Positions 1 to 10,185 of a stretch of 64,000 nucleotides of DNA are shown here, one piece after another; position 1 is the first letter of the stretch; every line of letters starts with the position of its first letter. Under the pieces are notes generated by a model. The model was given only the letters and a program-made list of their open reading frames with translations, was not told the DNA's origin and did not search any database. The DNA comes from an uncultured delta proteobacterium. GTDB lineage: Bacteria; Desulfobacterota; Syntrophia; Syntrophales; Smithellaceae. Position numbers and translations under genes: made by a program. The stretch covers positions 672,001-736,000 of the forward strand of contig CAVWEH010000002.1 of assembly GCA_963753975.1 (NCBI GenBank), in the 5' to 3' direction.

Positions 1-702
1 TCCGTCCCCAGTGTCCGTTACCGTTTCACGCTTAAAGACAGCTCCATCATTTATGTGGACAATCCCACCCATTATCCAGATTCGGCAGAAATAATCAAAG
101 GCGAAGAGCCCTACATTCGCGCGTCAATGATGCTCCCCGAACGTTATCTGGGAGCAGTGATGAAACTGTGCATGGAAAAGCGCGGCGTCAATTCTACCCT
201 TAATTATACCGGGCCGGGACGTGTAGAACTATCTTACGACATGCCGCTGGCCGAAGTCATTTACGATTTTTATGACCGTTTTAAATCGGTCACCCAGGGC
301 TATGGGTCTTTTGACTATAATGTAATTGATTACCGCGAAAGCAATCTGGTTTTGATGGATATTCTGGTCAACGGCGAAAAAGTTGATGCTCTCTCCCAAA
401 TTGTCCATCGGGACCGCGCCCGTGCCCGCGCCCTTCTGGCCTGTGAAAGATTGAAAGAAGAAATACCGCGCCAGATGTTTAAAATAGCCGTTCAAGGCGC
501 TATCGGTTCGGAAATAATCGCGCGCAGCACCATCAGCGCCTTCCGCAAAGACGTGACGGCAAAATGTTACGGCGGCGATATCACCCGTAAGAGGAAGCTG
601 CTCGAAAAACAAAAGGCCGGCAAGAAACGCATGAAGATGATCGGACAGGTCAGCATTCCGCAAAGCGCGTTTTTGGCGGTGCTGAAATCGGATACTGATT
701 GA
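1..702 (+). CDS. lepA: Elongation factor 4 (LepA), C-terminal part; gene starts before the window
   Basis: Frame open from base 1; LepA C-terminal motifs RKDVTAKCYGGDITRKRKLLEKQKAGKKRMK and IPQSAFLAVL. Confidence 0.97.
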   Translation, partial: SVPSVRYRFTLKDSSIIYVDNPTHYPDSAEIIKGEEPYIRASMMLPERYLGAVMKLCMEKRGVNSTLNYTGPGRVELSYDMPLAEVIYDFYDRFKSVTQGYGSFDYNVIDYRESNLVLMDILVNGEKVDALSQIVHRDRARARALLACERLKEEIPRQMFKIAVQGAIGSEIIARSTISAFRKDVTAKCYGGDITRKRKLLEKQKAGKKRMKMIGQVSIPQSAFLAVLKSDTD

Positions 703-708
703 ACAGTT

Positions 709-735
709 GTCATTCCGGCGAAAGCCGGAATCCAG
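709..735. repeat. REP-like palindrome GTCATTCCGGCGAAAGCCGGAATCCAG
   Basis: ATTCCGGC-GAAA-GCCGGAAT hairpin in the lepA-hemW spacer; resembles the widespread GTCATTCCnGCGAAAGCnGGAATCC extragenic repeat type. Confidence 0.6.
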
Positions 736-762
736 GATTATCTAATTATTGACAAACATTCT

Positions 763-1890
763 ATGCAAAGTGAAAAAGCCGGGCTTTACATTCACATTCC
801 TTTTTGCCTGAGTAAATGCGGCTATTGCAGCTTTTACTCCATTAAATCCATCAAGCTCATCCCCGAATTTTTATCAGCGCTTAAACGGGAGGTGGAATTC
901 TACAACAATCTTTTTCCATCTTTTGATACCATTTATCTCGGCGGCGGCACACCTTCCCTCTTGACTGTGCAACAGCTTGCTAAAATTTTTGAGGCGATCA
1001 ATAAGTTCTTCAAAATTGATCCTCACGCGGAAATCACGATAGAAGTTAATCCGGGTGATGTCTCCGTTGATTATTTTCAAGGCTTACGCTCACTGGGTAT
1101 AAACCGATTAAACATCGGCATTCAATCATTCGATGATAGTCTGCTAAAATTCCTCGGCCGCAGACATTCGAAAAAAGATGCAATTGAGGCGATTGATGCC
1201 GCCAGGAGAGCCGGTTTTACCAACATTGGAATTGACTTAATCTATGGCGTTCATCATCAGGATATTAGCTTATGGAAAAAGACTTTACAAAAAACCTTAG
1301 CATTTGCCCCGGAACATATTTCCTGTTACCAGCTTTCTTTGGAAGATAAAACTTCTCTGCACAAAAAATATTCCGCGGAAGGGATAGAATTACCAAAGGA
1401 AGAACAGCAGGTAGAATTTTTCCTAGTTACAGCAGAAGAGCTGGAAAAAGCCGGTTACATCCACTACGAAGTTTCCAACTTCGCCTGCAACGATAACTTG
1501 AAATCCAGACACAATATGAAATACTGGCAACATGCGTCCTATTTAGGCTTGGGGCCGGCCGCACATTCATTTTCGGATAATAAGCGCTGGTGGAATAAAC
1601 CTTCCGTCAAAAGCTATGTGCGAGAAATTGCTCAAGGCAAAATGCCTATAGAAAATACGGAAGAACTTACCTCAAAGCAATTACAGCTCGAAGCATTATT
1701 TCTTAGTTTGCGCACAAAAGCTGGTATTGATCTGGAACGCTACAAAACTAAATACGGTGTTAATTTGCTTGTGGACAAGAAAACTATTATCGATGCGTTA
1801 ATCAAAAATAAACTTGTGGAATTAAAGAATGGATTTTTGATGCCTACACGTGTAGGTATGGCCGTGGCAGACAGCCTCGCGCTGATCTAA
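763..1890 (+). CDS. hemW: Radical SAM heme chaperone HemW (HemN-like)
   Basis: LYIHIPFCxxxCxYCSF, TIYLGGGTPS, YEVSNFA, HNxxYW, YLGLGPAAHS; follows lepA. Confidence 0.9.
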   Translation: MQSEKAGLYIHIPFCLSKCGYCSFYSIKSIKLIPEFLSALKREVEFYNNLFPSFDTIYLGGGTPSLLTVQQLAKIFEAINKFFKIDPHAEITIEVNPGDVSVDYFQGLRSLGINRLNIGIQSFDDSLLKFLGRRHSKKDAIEAIDAARRAGFTNIGIDLIYGVHHQDISLWKKTLQKTLAFAPEHISCYQLSLEDKTSLHKKYSAEGIELPKEEQQVEFFLVTAEELEKAGYIHYEVSNFACNDNLKSRHNMKYWQHASYLGLGPAAHSFSDNKRWWNKPSVKSYVREIAQGKMPIENTEELTSKQLQLEALFLSLRTKAGIDLERYKTKYGVNLLVDKKTIIDALIKNKLVELKNGFLMPTRVGMAVADSLALI

Positions 1891-1987
1891 CAAATAATTT
1901 CTTTTAATGTTCGCACTTGCAAAATGACTTTTTTAAACATATTACTTTTTACGATTATATTTCTAACTAGAATATAAATTGGATCAC

Positions 1988-2308
1988 ATGAAGCGAATTT
2001 ACTTTCTGTTTATACTAGTTATTTCATTAACCGCCACGGGTTGTATACCTGCAGCAATAGTGGCTGTCGTCGGCTGGCAGCATTTGACCATCCAGGACGA
2101 AAAACAAGTCCAGGCGGACAAATCCGAGTGCGAGGGAAAAGCAATAAAAATCATCGAGGCAAGAAAATCAGAAATACAGGACAAAAAGGAAACAGAGTCG
2201 AAAATATCGGCAGTCGATCAAATATTTCAGCAAGAATTCGCTCGGTGCATGAAGTCCAAAGATTACTATAAAGTCGCATCCAGCAACTCATCACCAAAGA
2301 GCAACTGA
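1988..2308 (+). CDS. Hypothetical lipoprotein
   Basis: Signal peptide ending TATG-C; ORF track 1979..2308, ATG at 1988. Confidence 0.6.
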   Translation: MKRIYFLFILVISLTATGCIPAAIVAVVGWQHLTIQDEKQVQADKSECEGKAIKIIEARKSEIQDKKETESKISAVDQIFQQEFARCMKSKDYYKVASSNSSPKSN

Positions 2309-2334
2309 TTTTTTCTTTTATGTTATTTTAGGCG

Positions 2335-2685
2335 TTAAAGGCCTGATTCGGAAACACAGCGGTAAGTTTTTTCTACAAGATTACCACGAAATCCGACATA
2401 CAGCGTATTGTTTTCCATCTCCTGCTGGACGAAAGGATTACGTAGACCGAAAATTTCCGTATAATTATAAATCCAAATTTCCAGATTACTTTCCATCTTT
2501 ACTATCTGCCCGGGCTCACCGAGGATTTTCAAAGTGTCTTCCTTGGTTGTTTTGCCGATTTCCAGTTTTTGTGTGATTAAATCGTCTTTTGCCGAAACCT
2601 GCCCCTGCCCCACCGCGCAGCCCCAAAGCATCAAGATCAGAAAAAGCATCAGAGAAAGAACTTCAATGTAGTCACGTCTGTTCAT
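2335..2685 (-). CDS. Small lipoprotein, SmpA/OmlA (BamE-like) type
   Basis: Lipobox LWGC; LEIGKTTKEDTLKILGEP...WIYNY pattern. Confidence 0.65.
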   Translation of the reverse strand: MNRRDYIEVLSLMLFLILMLWGCAVGQGQVSAKDDLITQKLEIGKTTKEDTLKILGEPGQIVKMESNLEIWIYNYTEIFGLRNPFVQQEMENNTLYVGFRGNLVEKTYRCVSESGL

Positions 2686-2768
2686 AATTAATACAAATTT
2701 ATTATTATCACAAATGGGAATAAAAATATAAACATTTTATCATCTGACGAACAGAAGAAATATATCAC

Positions 2769-2995
2769 CTAGCTTAGGTTATAACAGATTAGCCAGTCCC
2801 ATGTTCCGCCAGCGGCGTCGGTAAATTTTCCCGCTTCGGAAAGAATTATCTCCGGTAAGCGTTCAATTTTTTTTCTCCGAATAATGCCACATCGATTTGT
2901 GTCAATCGCTTGATTTGATCATGATAGGTAAACTGGCCGCAATTATTTTCTTTTTTTGTCGCCAGGCACACCTTTTCGTTCTTTTTTATGATCAT
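2769..2995 (-). pseudogene. Degenerate N-terminal fragment of a GAF-domain (HD-GYP-type) protein
   Basis: ATG overlaps the nrdG stop; across one frameshift reads QIKRLTQIDVALFGEKKIERLPEIILSEAGKFTDAAGGT, resembling GAF N-terminal helices; truncated. Confidence 0.5.
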
Positions 2996-3681
2996 CTGAG
3001 TATAACAAAAGGAATCTCTTTTTCCAGACGTTTTTTTATTTTCTCTAATTCATCATCCGGATAACTTTTCTCTTTAAGAAACTTTTTGTTCAGCGTTTTT
3101 GTAGGCGCAAATTTCTGTAAGGCATAGCGCTTGGCGCCGGAAATCAATTGGGCAATTGCCAAAATATCTTTTGCCGCAAGCTGAGATTTCACAACCGTTG
3201 TACGAAACTCATGCGGGATTTTCGATTTAAGAATAAGTCTAATGCTTTCTTCTATTAAATTTGAATCGACAGGAACTTTCACGATGCTCCTGTATTTTTC
3301 CAGCGGCGCCTTAATGTCCATAGCGATGAAATCCAGCAATTTTGCATCAATAAGCTCTTTAATAACTTTCGGCTGTGTGCCATTGGAATCAAGCTTAACG
3401 GCAAAACCCAATTTTTTGATTTTCATAATAAAGGAAAGTAAATCTTTTTGAATGGTCGGCTCACCGCCGGTGATCGTTACCGCATCAAGCTTTCCCACCC
3501 GTGTCGCCAAAAATTCCAGAGTTTTTTTTTCTTCCAAGCAGGGGCCGAATAATTTCGGATCCACCAGTTCCGGATTATGACAATACGAACACTGGAAATT
3601 ACATCCCTGTAAAAAAACAACAGCACAAATCGCATCCGGATAATCAATGAGCGATACTTTCTGCAGGCCGCCGATTTTCAT
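2992..3681 (-). CDS. nrdG: Anaerobic ribonucleoside-triphosphate reductase activating protein
   Basis: MKIGGLQKVSLIDYP, GCNFQCSYCHNPEL radical SAM motif, ITGGEPT; downstream of nrdD. Confidence 0.93.
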   Translation of the reverse strand: MKIGGLQKVSLIDYPDAICAVVFLQGCNFQCSYCHNPELVDPKLFGPCLEEKKTLEFLATRVGKLDAVTITGGEPTIQKDLLSFIMKIKKLGFAVKLDSNGTQPKVIKELIDAKLLDFIAMDIKAPLEKYRSIVKVPVDSNLIEESIRLILKSKIPHEFRTTVVKSQLAAKDILAIAQLISGAKRYALQKFAPTKTLNKKFLKEKSYPDDELEKIKKRLEKEIPFVILR

Positions 3682-3716
3682 TTTCCCATTTCTTTATGGT
3701 TATGGAATCAAATATT

Positions 3717-3743
3717 AAAGCCCCAGCAGACCGAAGGGGCTTT
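3717..3743. terminator. Hairpin between nrdD and nrdG (possible attenuator or RNA stability element)
   Basis: AAAGCCCC...GGGGCTTT inverted repeat. Confidence 0.4.
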
Positions 3744-3778
3744 CCGATAATTATATTTTTTACAGACTATGTATATTA

Positions 3779-5884
3779 TTACTGTAATCTAAATACCTGT
3801 CGCGCGTTAAATTCCGCTTGTTTTCCTTTGTTCCACTGCTTGACCGGACGCAAATAACCGACAACGCGTGAGTAAACTTCACAATCGTCGTCACAGGTCG
3901 GACACTTCGGCTTTTCGCCTTTAATGTAGCCGTGGGATGGACACACGCTGAAAGTAGGCGTAAAAGTGAGATAAGGCAAATGGTAGTTAGAACAAATTTT
4001 ACGAACCAATGTCTTTACCGCCTGGGGATTATCCACCCGCTCACCGGCAAAAGTATGAAATACGGTGCCGCCTGTATATCTGGTTTGAATTTCATCCTGC
4101 AAATCCAATGCTTCAAAAATATCGTCTGTATAGTTAACCGGCAGTTGCGTGGAATTGGTATAAAACGGCTCGCCTTTTTTCGATCTGCCGTTGCCGTTTC
4201 CGGCGCAGATTATATCGGGATATTTTTCTTTGTCTATCTTGGCCAGGCGATATGAAGTTCCTTCCGCCGGTGTTGATTCCAGATTGTAATTATTTCCCGT
4301 TTCCTTCTGAAAATCGATGAGCTTATTGCGCATAAAATCGAGAACGTTTTTGGTAAAGGCCTGACCTTCTTTCGAGGCAATATTTCTCCCCAATAAATTC
4401 AAACAAGCTTCATTCATTCCGACCAGTCCAATAGTGGAAAAATGGTTTTTCCAATATTCAGCAAATCTTTCTTTCACATTGCGTAAATAATATTTAGTGT
4501 AAGGATAAAGATCGCTGTCGGTAAACTTCTCCAGAACCTTTCTTTTTGTCTCCAGACTTTCTTTGGCCACCTCCATTAGGTTTTCCAGCCGTTGCATGAA
4601 ATCCTTTTTGGATTTTGCCAAATAGCCGATACGCGGCATATTTATCGTAATAACACCGATGGAACCGGTAAGCGGATTGGAACCGAAAAGCCCGCCGCCT
4701 CTCATCTCCAACTCCCGATTGTCAATGCGCAGACGGCAACACATGCTGCGCGCATCTTCCGGATTCATGTCGGAATTGATAAAATTGGAAAAATAAGGCA
4801 CGCCGTATTTCGCGGTCATTTCCCATAAATCTTTTAAATTGGGATCATCCCAGTTAAAATCACGCGTAACATTATATGTGGGAATGGGAAAGGTAAAAAC
4901 TCTGCCTTTGGCGTCGCCTTCGGCCATGACCTGCAGAAAGGCTTTGTTGAAAAGATTCATTTCTTCCTGAAATTCTTTATACGTTTCTTTCTGCGGCTTA
5001 CCGCCGATGATCACGCTTTGATCCGCGTAATATTTGGGAACGGTGACATCCAAAGTTACATTGGTGAATGGAGTTTGAAAACCGACTCTGGTCGGCACAT
5101 TGATATTAAAAATAAACTCCTGGAGCGCCTGTTTTATTTCCGTAATATTTAATCCATCATAACGAATATAAGGCGCCAAAAGCGTATCAAAATTGGAAAA
5201 AGCCTGCGCTCCGGCCGCTTCCCCCTGCAAGGTATAAAAGAAATTAACCACCTGCCCCAGAGCGCTGCGCAAATGTTTAGAGGGCTTGCTTTCCACCTTG
5301 CCGGACACCCCACGAAAGCCCTGCAAAAGCAAATCATATAAATCCCAGCCCACACAATAAACGGAAAGCAGGCTCAAATCATGAATATGAAAATCACCTT
5401 CGTTATGCGCTTTTTTGATTTCCGGCGTATAAATTTCATTTAGCCAATAAACTTTGCTCACTTCCGAAGAAATATAATTATTCAATCCCTGCAACGAGTA
5501 ATCCATGTTGCTGTTCTCGTTTATTTTCCAATCCGATTTCTTCAAATATTTATCAACAAGATCAACTTCCATTTTGTTGGCAATATCCCTCAAGCGGGCG
5601 TGTTGATCACGGTATATGATGTAAGATTTTGCTGTTTTGCGGTAAGTGGAAAGCAGGAGAACTTCTTCGACGATATCCTGAATTTCTTCAACAGAAAAAA
5701 CATTACCGTCAAAAAGCTTTTCGGCAAGGTTTAAAACCTTGATGGTCAACTTTCGCGCTTCCCGAAGGTCAAATTCGCCGGTGGCAACGCCGGCCTTGGC
5801 GATGGCATTGGTAATTTTTTCCGCATTAAACTTAACTAAACGGCCGTCTCTCTTTTTGATTTTTGTGTTCATGAACTCCTCCAT
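3779..5884 (-). CDS. nrdD: Class III ribonucleoside-triphosphate reductase with N-terminal ATP cone
   Basis: ATP cone KIKKRDGR, RSMCCRL, C-terminal CxxH/CxxC zinc motif, glycyl radical loop YSRVVGYLRPV. Confidence 0.97.
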   Translation of the reverse strand: MEEFMNTKIKKRDGRLVKFNAEKITNAIAKAGVATGEFDLREARKLTIKVLNLAEKLFDGNVFSVEEIQDIVEEVLLLSTYRKTAKSYIIYRDQHARLRDIANKMEVDLVDKYLKKSDWKINENSNMDYSLQGLNNYISSEVSKVYWLNEIYTPEIKKAHNEGDFHIHDLSLLSVYCVGWDLYDLLLQGFRGVSGKVESKPSKHLRSALGQVVNFFYTLQGEAAGAQAFSNFDTLLAPYIRYDGLNITEIKQALQEFIFNINVPTRVGFQTPFTNVTLDVTVPKYYADQSVIIGGKPQKETYKEFQEEMNLFNKAFLQVMAEGDAKGRVFTFPIPTYNVTRDFNWDDPNLKDLWEMTAKYGVPYFSNFINSDMNPEDARSMCCRLRIDNRELEMRGGGLFGSNPLTGSIGVITINMPRIGYLAKSKKDFMQRLENLMEVAKESLETKRKVLEKFTDSDLYPYTKYYLRNVKERFAEYWKNHFSTIGLVGMNEACLNLLGRNIASKEGQAFTKNVLDFMRNKLIDFQKETGNNYNLESTPAEGTSYRLAKIDKEKYPDIICAGNGNGRSKKGEPFYTNSTQLPVNYTDDIFEALDLQDEIQTRYTGGTVFHTFAGERVDNPQAVKTLVRKICSNYHLPYLTFTPTFSVCPSHGYIKGEKPKCPTCDDDCEVYSRVVGYLRPVKQWNKGKQAEFNARQVFRLQ

Positions 5885-5920
5885 AGTGAGATGAATAAGA
5901 AATTGTTGCCGCCCGTTTGT

Positions 5921-5967
5921 ACGCTATATATTGTGGTTATTTAGCATAGTACTACTACATATAGTAA
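5921..5967. promoter_or_regulatory. Tandem NrdR boxes upstream of nrdD
   Basis: ACGCTATATATTGTGG (5921-5936) and CTACTACATATAGTAA (5952-5967) match acaCwAtATaTwGtgt with 31-bp periodicity. Confidence 0.85.
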
Positions 5968-6118
5968 TTATCAAGAAAAAAATAAAAAAATCTTTATCGG
6001 TTATTTTGACAAGAACAATGTTGATAAAGATAAAAATATTAGTGCTATAGACCTTGCTTTTTATAGCCGAGAAGCTTATGGAAGGACAAAATCATTCTTG
6101 TAGGGAATCCTGTTAAAA

Positions 6119-6787
6119 TTGAAGATAGACAAAAAGAAAGCAGCTAAGATAAAAGGGTTTTTGGATGAGCGCGAAGCTCACTATCTTTATAAACTAGCTC
6201 TGGATGCCGGCAAAACAGGTCCGTGCCTGGAAATCGGCAGTTATTGTGGAAAATCAGCTATATATTTAGGTACAGCCTGCAAAAGAAATGGATCAGTTCT
6301 ATTTTCTCTTGATCATCATGCAGGCTCGGAGGAGCAGCAGCCGGGCGAAGAATATTTTGATCCGGAATTACTGGATCAAGAAACAGGGAAGATAGATACT
6401 TTAAGATTTTTCCGCAAGACGATTGCCGAATTTGACCTCGAAGATACGGTAATTCCGATTGTCGGCCGTTCGGAAACAGTCGGACGCCTCTGGCAAACAC
6501 CTCTGAACTTGATTTTTATTGACGGAAGTCACGCTTACGAATCCGTACTTAACGATTACAAAATTTGGGCAAAACATTTAATCATCGGCGGCTATCTTCT
6601 TTTTCATGATATTTTCCCCGATCCGGCGAAAGGAGGCCAAGCACCTTATAAGGTTTATCAAATTGCAGTAGCTTCCGGATTATACGAAGAAATGCCGCTG
6701 TGCGAGTCGCTGGGAATATTAAAACGAAAAAAAAATGGCCCATGCCAGCCGTCGCGTTATTATGCCCAGCGCCAGTTACAGCCTTGA
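6119..6787 (+). CDS. Class I SAM-dependent methyltransferase (Methyltransf_24-like)
   Basis: KGFL...LEIGSYCGKS, DHHAGSEEQQPG, IFIDGSH, FHDIF; exact 3' end uncertain (A-run near 6727). Confidence 0.85.
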   Translation: MKIDKKKAAKIKGFLDEREAHYLYKLALDAGKTGPCLEIGSYCGKSAIYLGTACKRNGSVLFSLDHHAGSEEQQPGEEYFDPELLDQETGKIDTLRFFRKTIAEFDLEDTVIPIVGRSETVGRLWQTPLNLIFIDGSHAYESVLNDYKIWAKHLIIGGYLLFHDIFPDPAKGGQAPYKVYQIAVASGLYEEMPLCESLGILKRKKNGPCQPSRYYAQRQLQP

Positions 6788-8337
6788 TCGGAAATTGCTG
6801 CTTGCAAATAACCGCGATTAACATAATCACTGATCGTATTATTAACTACACGGGAATTCGCCTTTGTGCCGGTAGTAATTCTTTGGCAGAGTTCCCCTAA
6901 TGCTCTATCCTTTGAACCTTCAAACAAAGCTGGTTCAATAAAACCAATTTTTTCAATGAGATCTTCTTTTAAGATTTTAAAAGTTAAATTCATCCGCATG
7001 TGACCTTCCACGCGCATATCGTCCAGAGGAGTATTCGTGCCCTTGCCATACCGGTCCAGCACCTTCTGCCAGAGGCCGTTCATCTCCGTATCGAACATAG
7101 CTACAAAATCACGAATATCCTGTGGCTCAAGAGAAGAAGTTTTTACAATGGCATCATTGGCGTCGTATTTTGCCCAATCTTTCGTTAATATTTCCAGATC
7201 GTACTCGTCGACTTTCTCACACAACGTCGTGCCGGGAAAAGGCGCCAGGTAATGATATCCGAAAAGGATTTTTAAAGATTCCGCAAACGAGGCCGTTTGA
7301 TTCAATGTTTCTTTTGTTTCACCCGGCAGCCCGACCATAAAAGAAGCGTGGGCGAGCATGCCCGACTGCTTGCACATATTAACCGCGTTCTCAGCCTGCG
7401 TAAGCGTTATGCCCTTCTTGACTCTTTTGAGTATTTCCGGGTTGCCTGATTCGACGCCGAAGCTGACGCTGTCACAACCTGCGGCAGCCATGGCATCAAA
7501 CATTTCCTGGTTGACAGTATCCACGCGGGCAAAGGCACTCCAGGTAAATTTCAAGTTTCGTTCTTTAATTCCGTTGCATATTTCTTTTACCCGCTTTGTA
7601 TCCGAAGCAAAAAGGTCATCGGCAATATTAATCCGTTTAAAGCCTAAATTGATAATTTGCTCCATTTCATCCAAAACCAGCTGCGGATTGCGGCGGCGCA
7701 CTTTCGAGCCAACCATCTTTCGCCCTAGACAAAAAATACATGAATGGGGACAGCCGCGGCCCGTAATCATGCTGACGGGATAGCCAAAGGCCTGATAGCG
7801 TGAGATCGGCAACAAGTGCCGCGCGGGCATTGGTATGCGGTCCACATCCACAATGAAATCTCTTTTACCGTTATTGACGATTTCACCATCCTGCCGAAAA
7901 GCGATACCGCGAATACCGCGCCATTTATTTTTCTGCTTCATGAGCGGCGCGAATTCGACAATCGTATCATCCGCCTCGCCAATAAAGACCAAATCTATTT
8001 CCGGATAATTGCCGAGTGTTTCTTCCACGGTAAAGGATACATGGGGACCGCCTATCAGCGTGAGAATTTCCGGATTACAGCGTTTCACGTCGCGTAATAT
8101 CCGCTGCGCGTCATAAAAATTCATGGTTACGCAACCTACTCCTACAGCGTCGGGCTGGAATTCCGCCAATTGGCTGGCGAGTTTTTCCTTAGAATAACAA
8201 GAAATAATATAGTCGAAAATGCATACCTCACAGCCTGCCGCTGCGAAGGCTGCAGCAACATAAGTGATGCCCAATGGCGGTGAAGGAAATTCTTCCAGTG
8301 GATATGGTGCGGCAATAATAGCAACGCGCAATGTCAA
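6760..8337 (-). CDS. B12-binding domain radical SAM protein
   Basis: PPLGITYVAA, GGPHVS, GEAD, TGRGCPHSCIFC, GVESG, FMVGLPGET. Confidence 0.92.
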   Translation of the reverse strand: MTLRVAIIAAPYPLEEFPSPPLGITYVAAAFAAAGCEVCIFDYIISCYSKEKLASQLAEFQPDAVGVGCVTMNFYDAQRILRDVKRCNPEILTLIGGPHVSFTVEETLGNYPEIDLVFIGEADDTIVEFAPLMKQKNKWRGIRGIAFRQDGEIVNNGKRDFIVDVDRIPMPARHLLPISRYQAFGYPVSMITGRGCPHSCIFCLGRKMVGSKVRRRNPQLVLDEMEQIINLGFKRINIADDLFASDTKRVKEICNGIKERNLKFTWSAFARVDTVNQEMFDAMAAAGCDSVSFGVESGNPEILKRVKKGITLTQAENAVNMCKQSGMLAHASFMVGLPGETKETLNQTASFAESLKILFGYHYLAPFPGTTLCEKVDEYDLEILTKDWAKYDANDAIVKTSSLEPQDIRDFVAMFDTEMNGLWQKVLDRYGKGTNTPLDDMRVEGHMRMNLTFKILKEDLIEKIGFIEPALFEGSKDRALGELCQRITTGTKANSRVVNNTISDYVNRGYLQAAISDQGCNWRWA

Positions 8338-9074
8338 TCTCCTTTACGTGGAAACAGCATGGATCTAACCCACCCGAACAGCGTATTTTTTTCCCGCATG
8401 GCCCGTTCAACGGAATCAAAATACTCGTTCATCTTTTGGGGATCAGCCAGCCACTGCGATCTTGATTTTATCGGTTTGTTCGCATCCAGGTACTTTATTA
8501 CAGAGGCGGGGTTTCCGGCGGCAATAGCATTGGCGGGAATATCCTTCACGACAATTGAGCCGGCGCCAATAACCGCATTGTCACCTATCGTCACACCTTT
8601 GCCGATAATTGCACTATCACCGATCCACACATTTTTGCCGATCTTTACCGCCTCGGTGTTGCCGATGGGTAAACTGCGATCGTAAAGATCGTGCCAATCA
8701 GAATCGGTAATTAAAACATTTTGGGCCACCATGCAATCATCATCCAAAGTAACAGCTGTGGCCGATGATATTCTTGTCCCCGGGCAGATTATACAACAAC
8801 GGCCGATATCAATTTTACCCGATTTTTCATCGGCCGACCAGACGGTAAGCCTTATTTTCTTATCGGATGTGGCCACGAATGTAACATAGTCACCGATCGA
8901 TACCGGCCCCTGATATATTTTCACTGCCCATGGCTTCATAAATCTCAAACCATGGCCGAAATATTCACACTGAGGAGCTAAAAAATATTGCGCATACCAG
9001 GCTTCAAACTTGTCGTATAAATGCTTAATATAATAAGGTCGATGATCTCTTCTCAATGACTTACTCTTTTCCAA
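8334..9074 (-). CDS. Hexapeptide-repeat acyltransferase
   Basis: ITDSDWH, VKIGKNVWIGDSAIIGKGVTIGDNAVIGAGSIV, AAGNPA. Confidence 0.88.
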   Translation of the reverse strand: MEKSKSLRRDHRPYYIKHLYDKFEAWYAQYFLAPQCEYFGHGLRFMKPWAVKIYQGPVSIGDYVTFVATSDKKIRLTVWSADEKSGKIDIGRCCIICPGTRISSATAVTLDDDCMVAQNVLITDSDWHDLYDRSLPIGNTEAVKIGKNVWIGDSAIIGKGVTIGDNAVIGAGSIVVKDIPANAIAAGNPASVIKYLDANKPIKSRSQWLADPQKMNEYFDSVERAMREKNTLFGWVRSMLFPRKGD

Positions 9075-9146
9075 ATGATTTATTTAAAATGAAACCACAA
9101 AAAACAACCGTCAGAAGAAGCCGGTAAGGTTTGCAGCAGATTACTA

Positions 9147-10178
9147 TTATTGCTCCTGCCAATATTCGTGATTAAAAAGTTTTGCTGCCGGAGTTATTCC
9201 GTTAATTGCATCCCAGGCTATCAGTACCGCTGCCGCTGTCCAACTGGTTTTTTCTTCCGGCCAGATAATACTGTCCGGAAACGTGACACCCATCCAGTAG
9301 GAACCATCAGGAAATCTCTTATCACCAAGCCAGCTAAATATTGTTTTAGCCCGTGAATAATCTTCAATGGCCGCCAGGGTCAAAACCAGCTCTGCCGTTT
9401 CCGCCATTGTCACCCAGGGCCGGTCGCTGACACAACGTACCCCCCATTCGGGAACGACAAATTTTTCCCAGGACTTGGCTATGCGCTTCTTTGCTTCTTC
9501 ATCGCTTACAGCACCGCATAAAACCGGATAATACCAATCCATGGAATAACGGGCTTTGATCATATTGAAAAGATCAGGCCGGTTTTTTATCGCCTCTCCC
9601 AGGGAATCTTTTGCCGTGAGCCAGCTTGGTCTTTTTTTACCCAGAATCCTGGAGATTTCCAGTGCGCATTTAATACTCATATAAATGGAGCTGCAACCGG
9701 TTAAAAGGGACATTTTATCAATGGCGCCCGCCGAATTTCTTGCCCAGTAAATTTCACCCCCCGGAGCCTGCATACTGATCGCATATTGAATGCCCCGGGA
9801 AACAGAACTCCACATATACTTCAGAAATTCAACATTTCCTGTAATGAGGTAATGATGAAAGACGCCAACGGCAATATAAGCCGCAAAGTTTGTTTCTTTT
9901 GTGGAATTGATAACCTCTCCGTCCTTGATTTCGGACCACCAACTACCGTCGGCAAGCTGATTTGCAACTAACCATTGATACGCGCGCTCGGCCTCCGGAT
10001 AAAGTCCAGCCATGCTTAAACCCATCGCGCTTTCAATATGATCCCAGGGATCAGTCTTGCCACCTACCGACCAGGGTATTTCACCGCTTTCTTTTTGCAT
10101 GGACACAATAAACCCGGCGATTTTTTCAACGTCAACCGGTTTAATTTCTTCACTCAAAGAAAGGTTTAAACGGTCCAT
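9147..10178 (-). CDS. Prenyltransferase/squalene-oxidase-repeat-like (alpha/alpha barrel) protein of unknown activity
   Basis: QKESGEIPW, KTDPWDHIESAM, QLADGSW, YSMDWYYPVL, WPEEKTSWTAAAV. Confidence 0.75.
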   Translation of the reverse strand: MDRLNLSLSEEIKPVDVEKIAGFIVSMQKESGEIPWSVGGKTDPWDHIESAMGLSMAGLYPEAERAYQWLVANQLADGSWWSEIKDGEVINSTKETNFAAYIAVGVFHHYLITGNVEFLKYMWSSVSRGIQYAISMQAPGGEIYWARNSAGAIDKMSLLTGCSSIYMSIKCALEISRILGKKRPSWLTAKDSLGEAIKNRPDLFNMIKARYSMDWYYPVLCGAVSDEEAKKRIAKSWEKFVVPEWGVRCVSDRPWVTMAETAELVLTLAAIEDYSRAKTIFSWLGDKRFPDGSYWMGVTFPDSIIWPEEKTSWTAAAVLIAWDAINGITPAAKLFNHEYWQEQ

Positions 10179-10185
10179 AATATAA

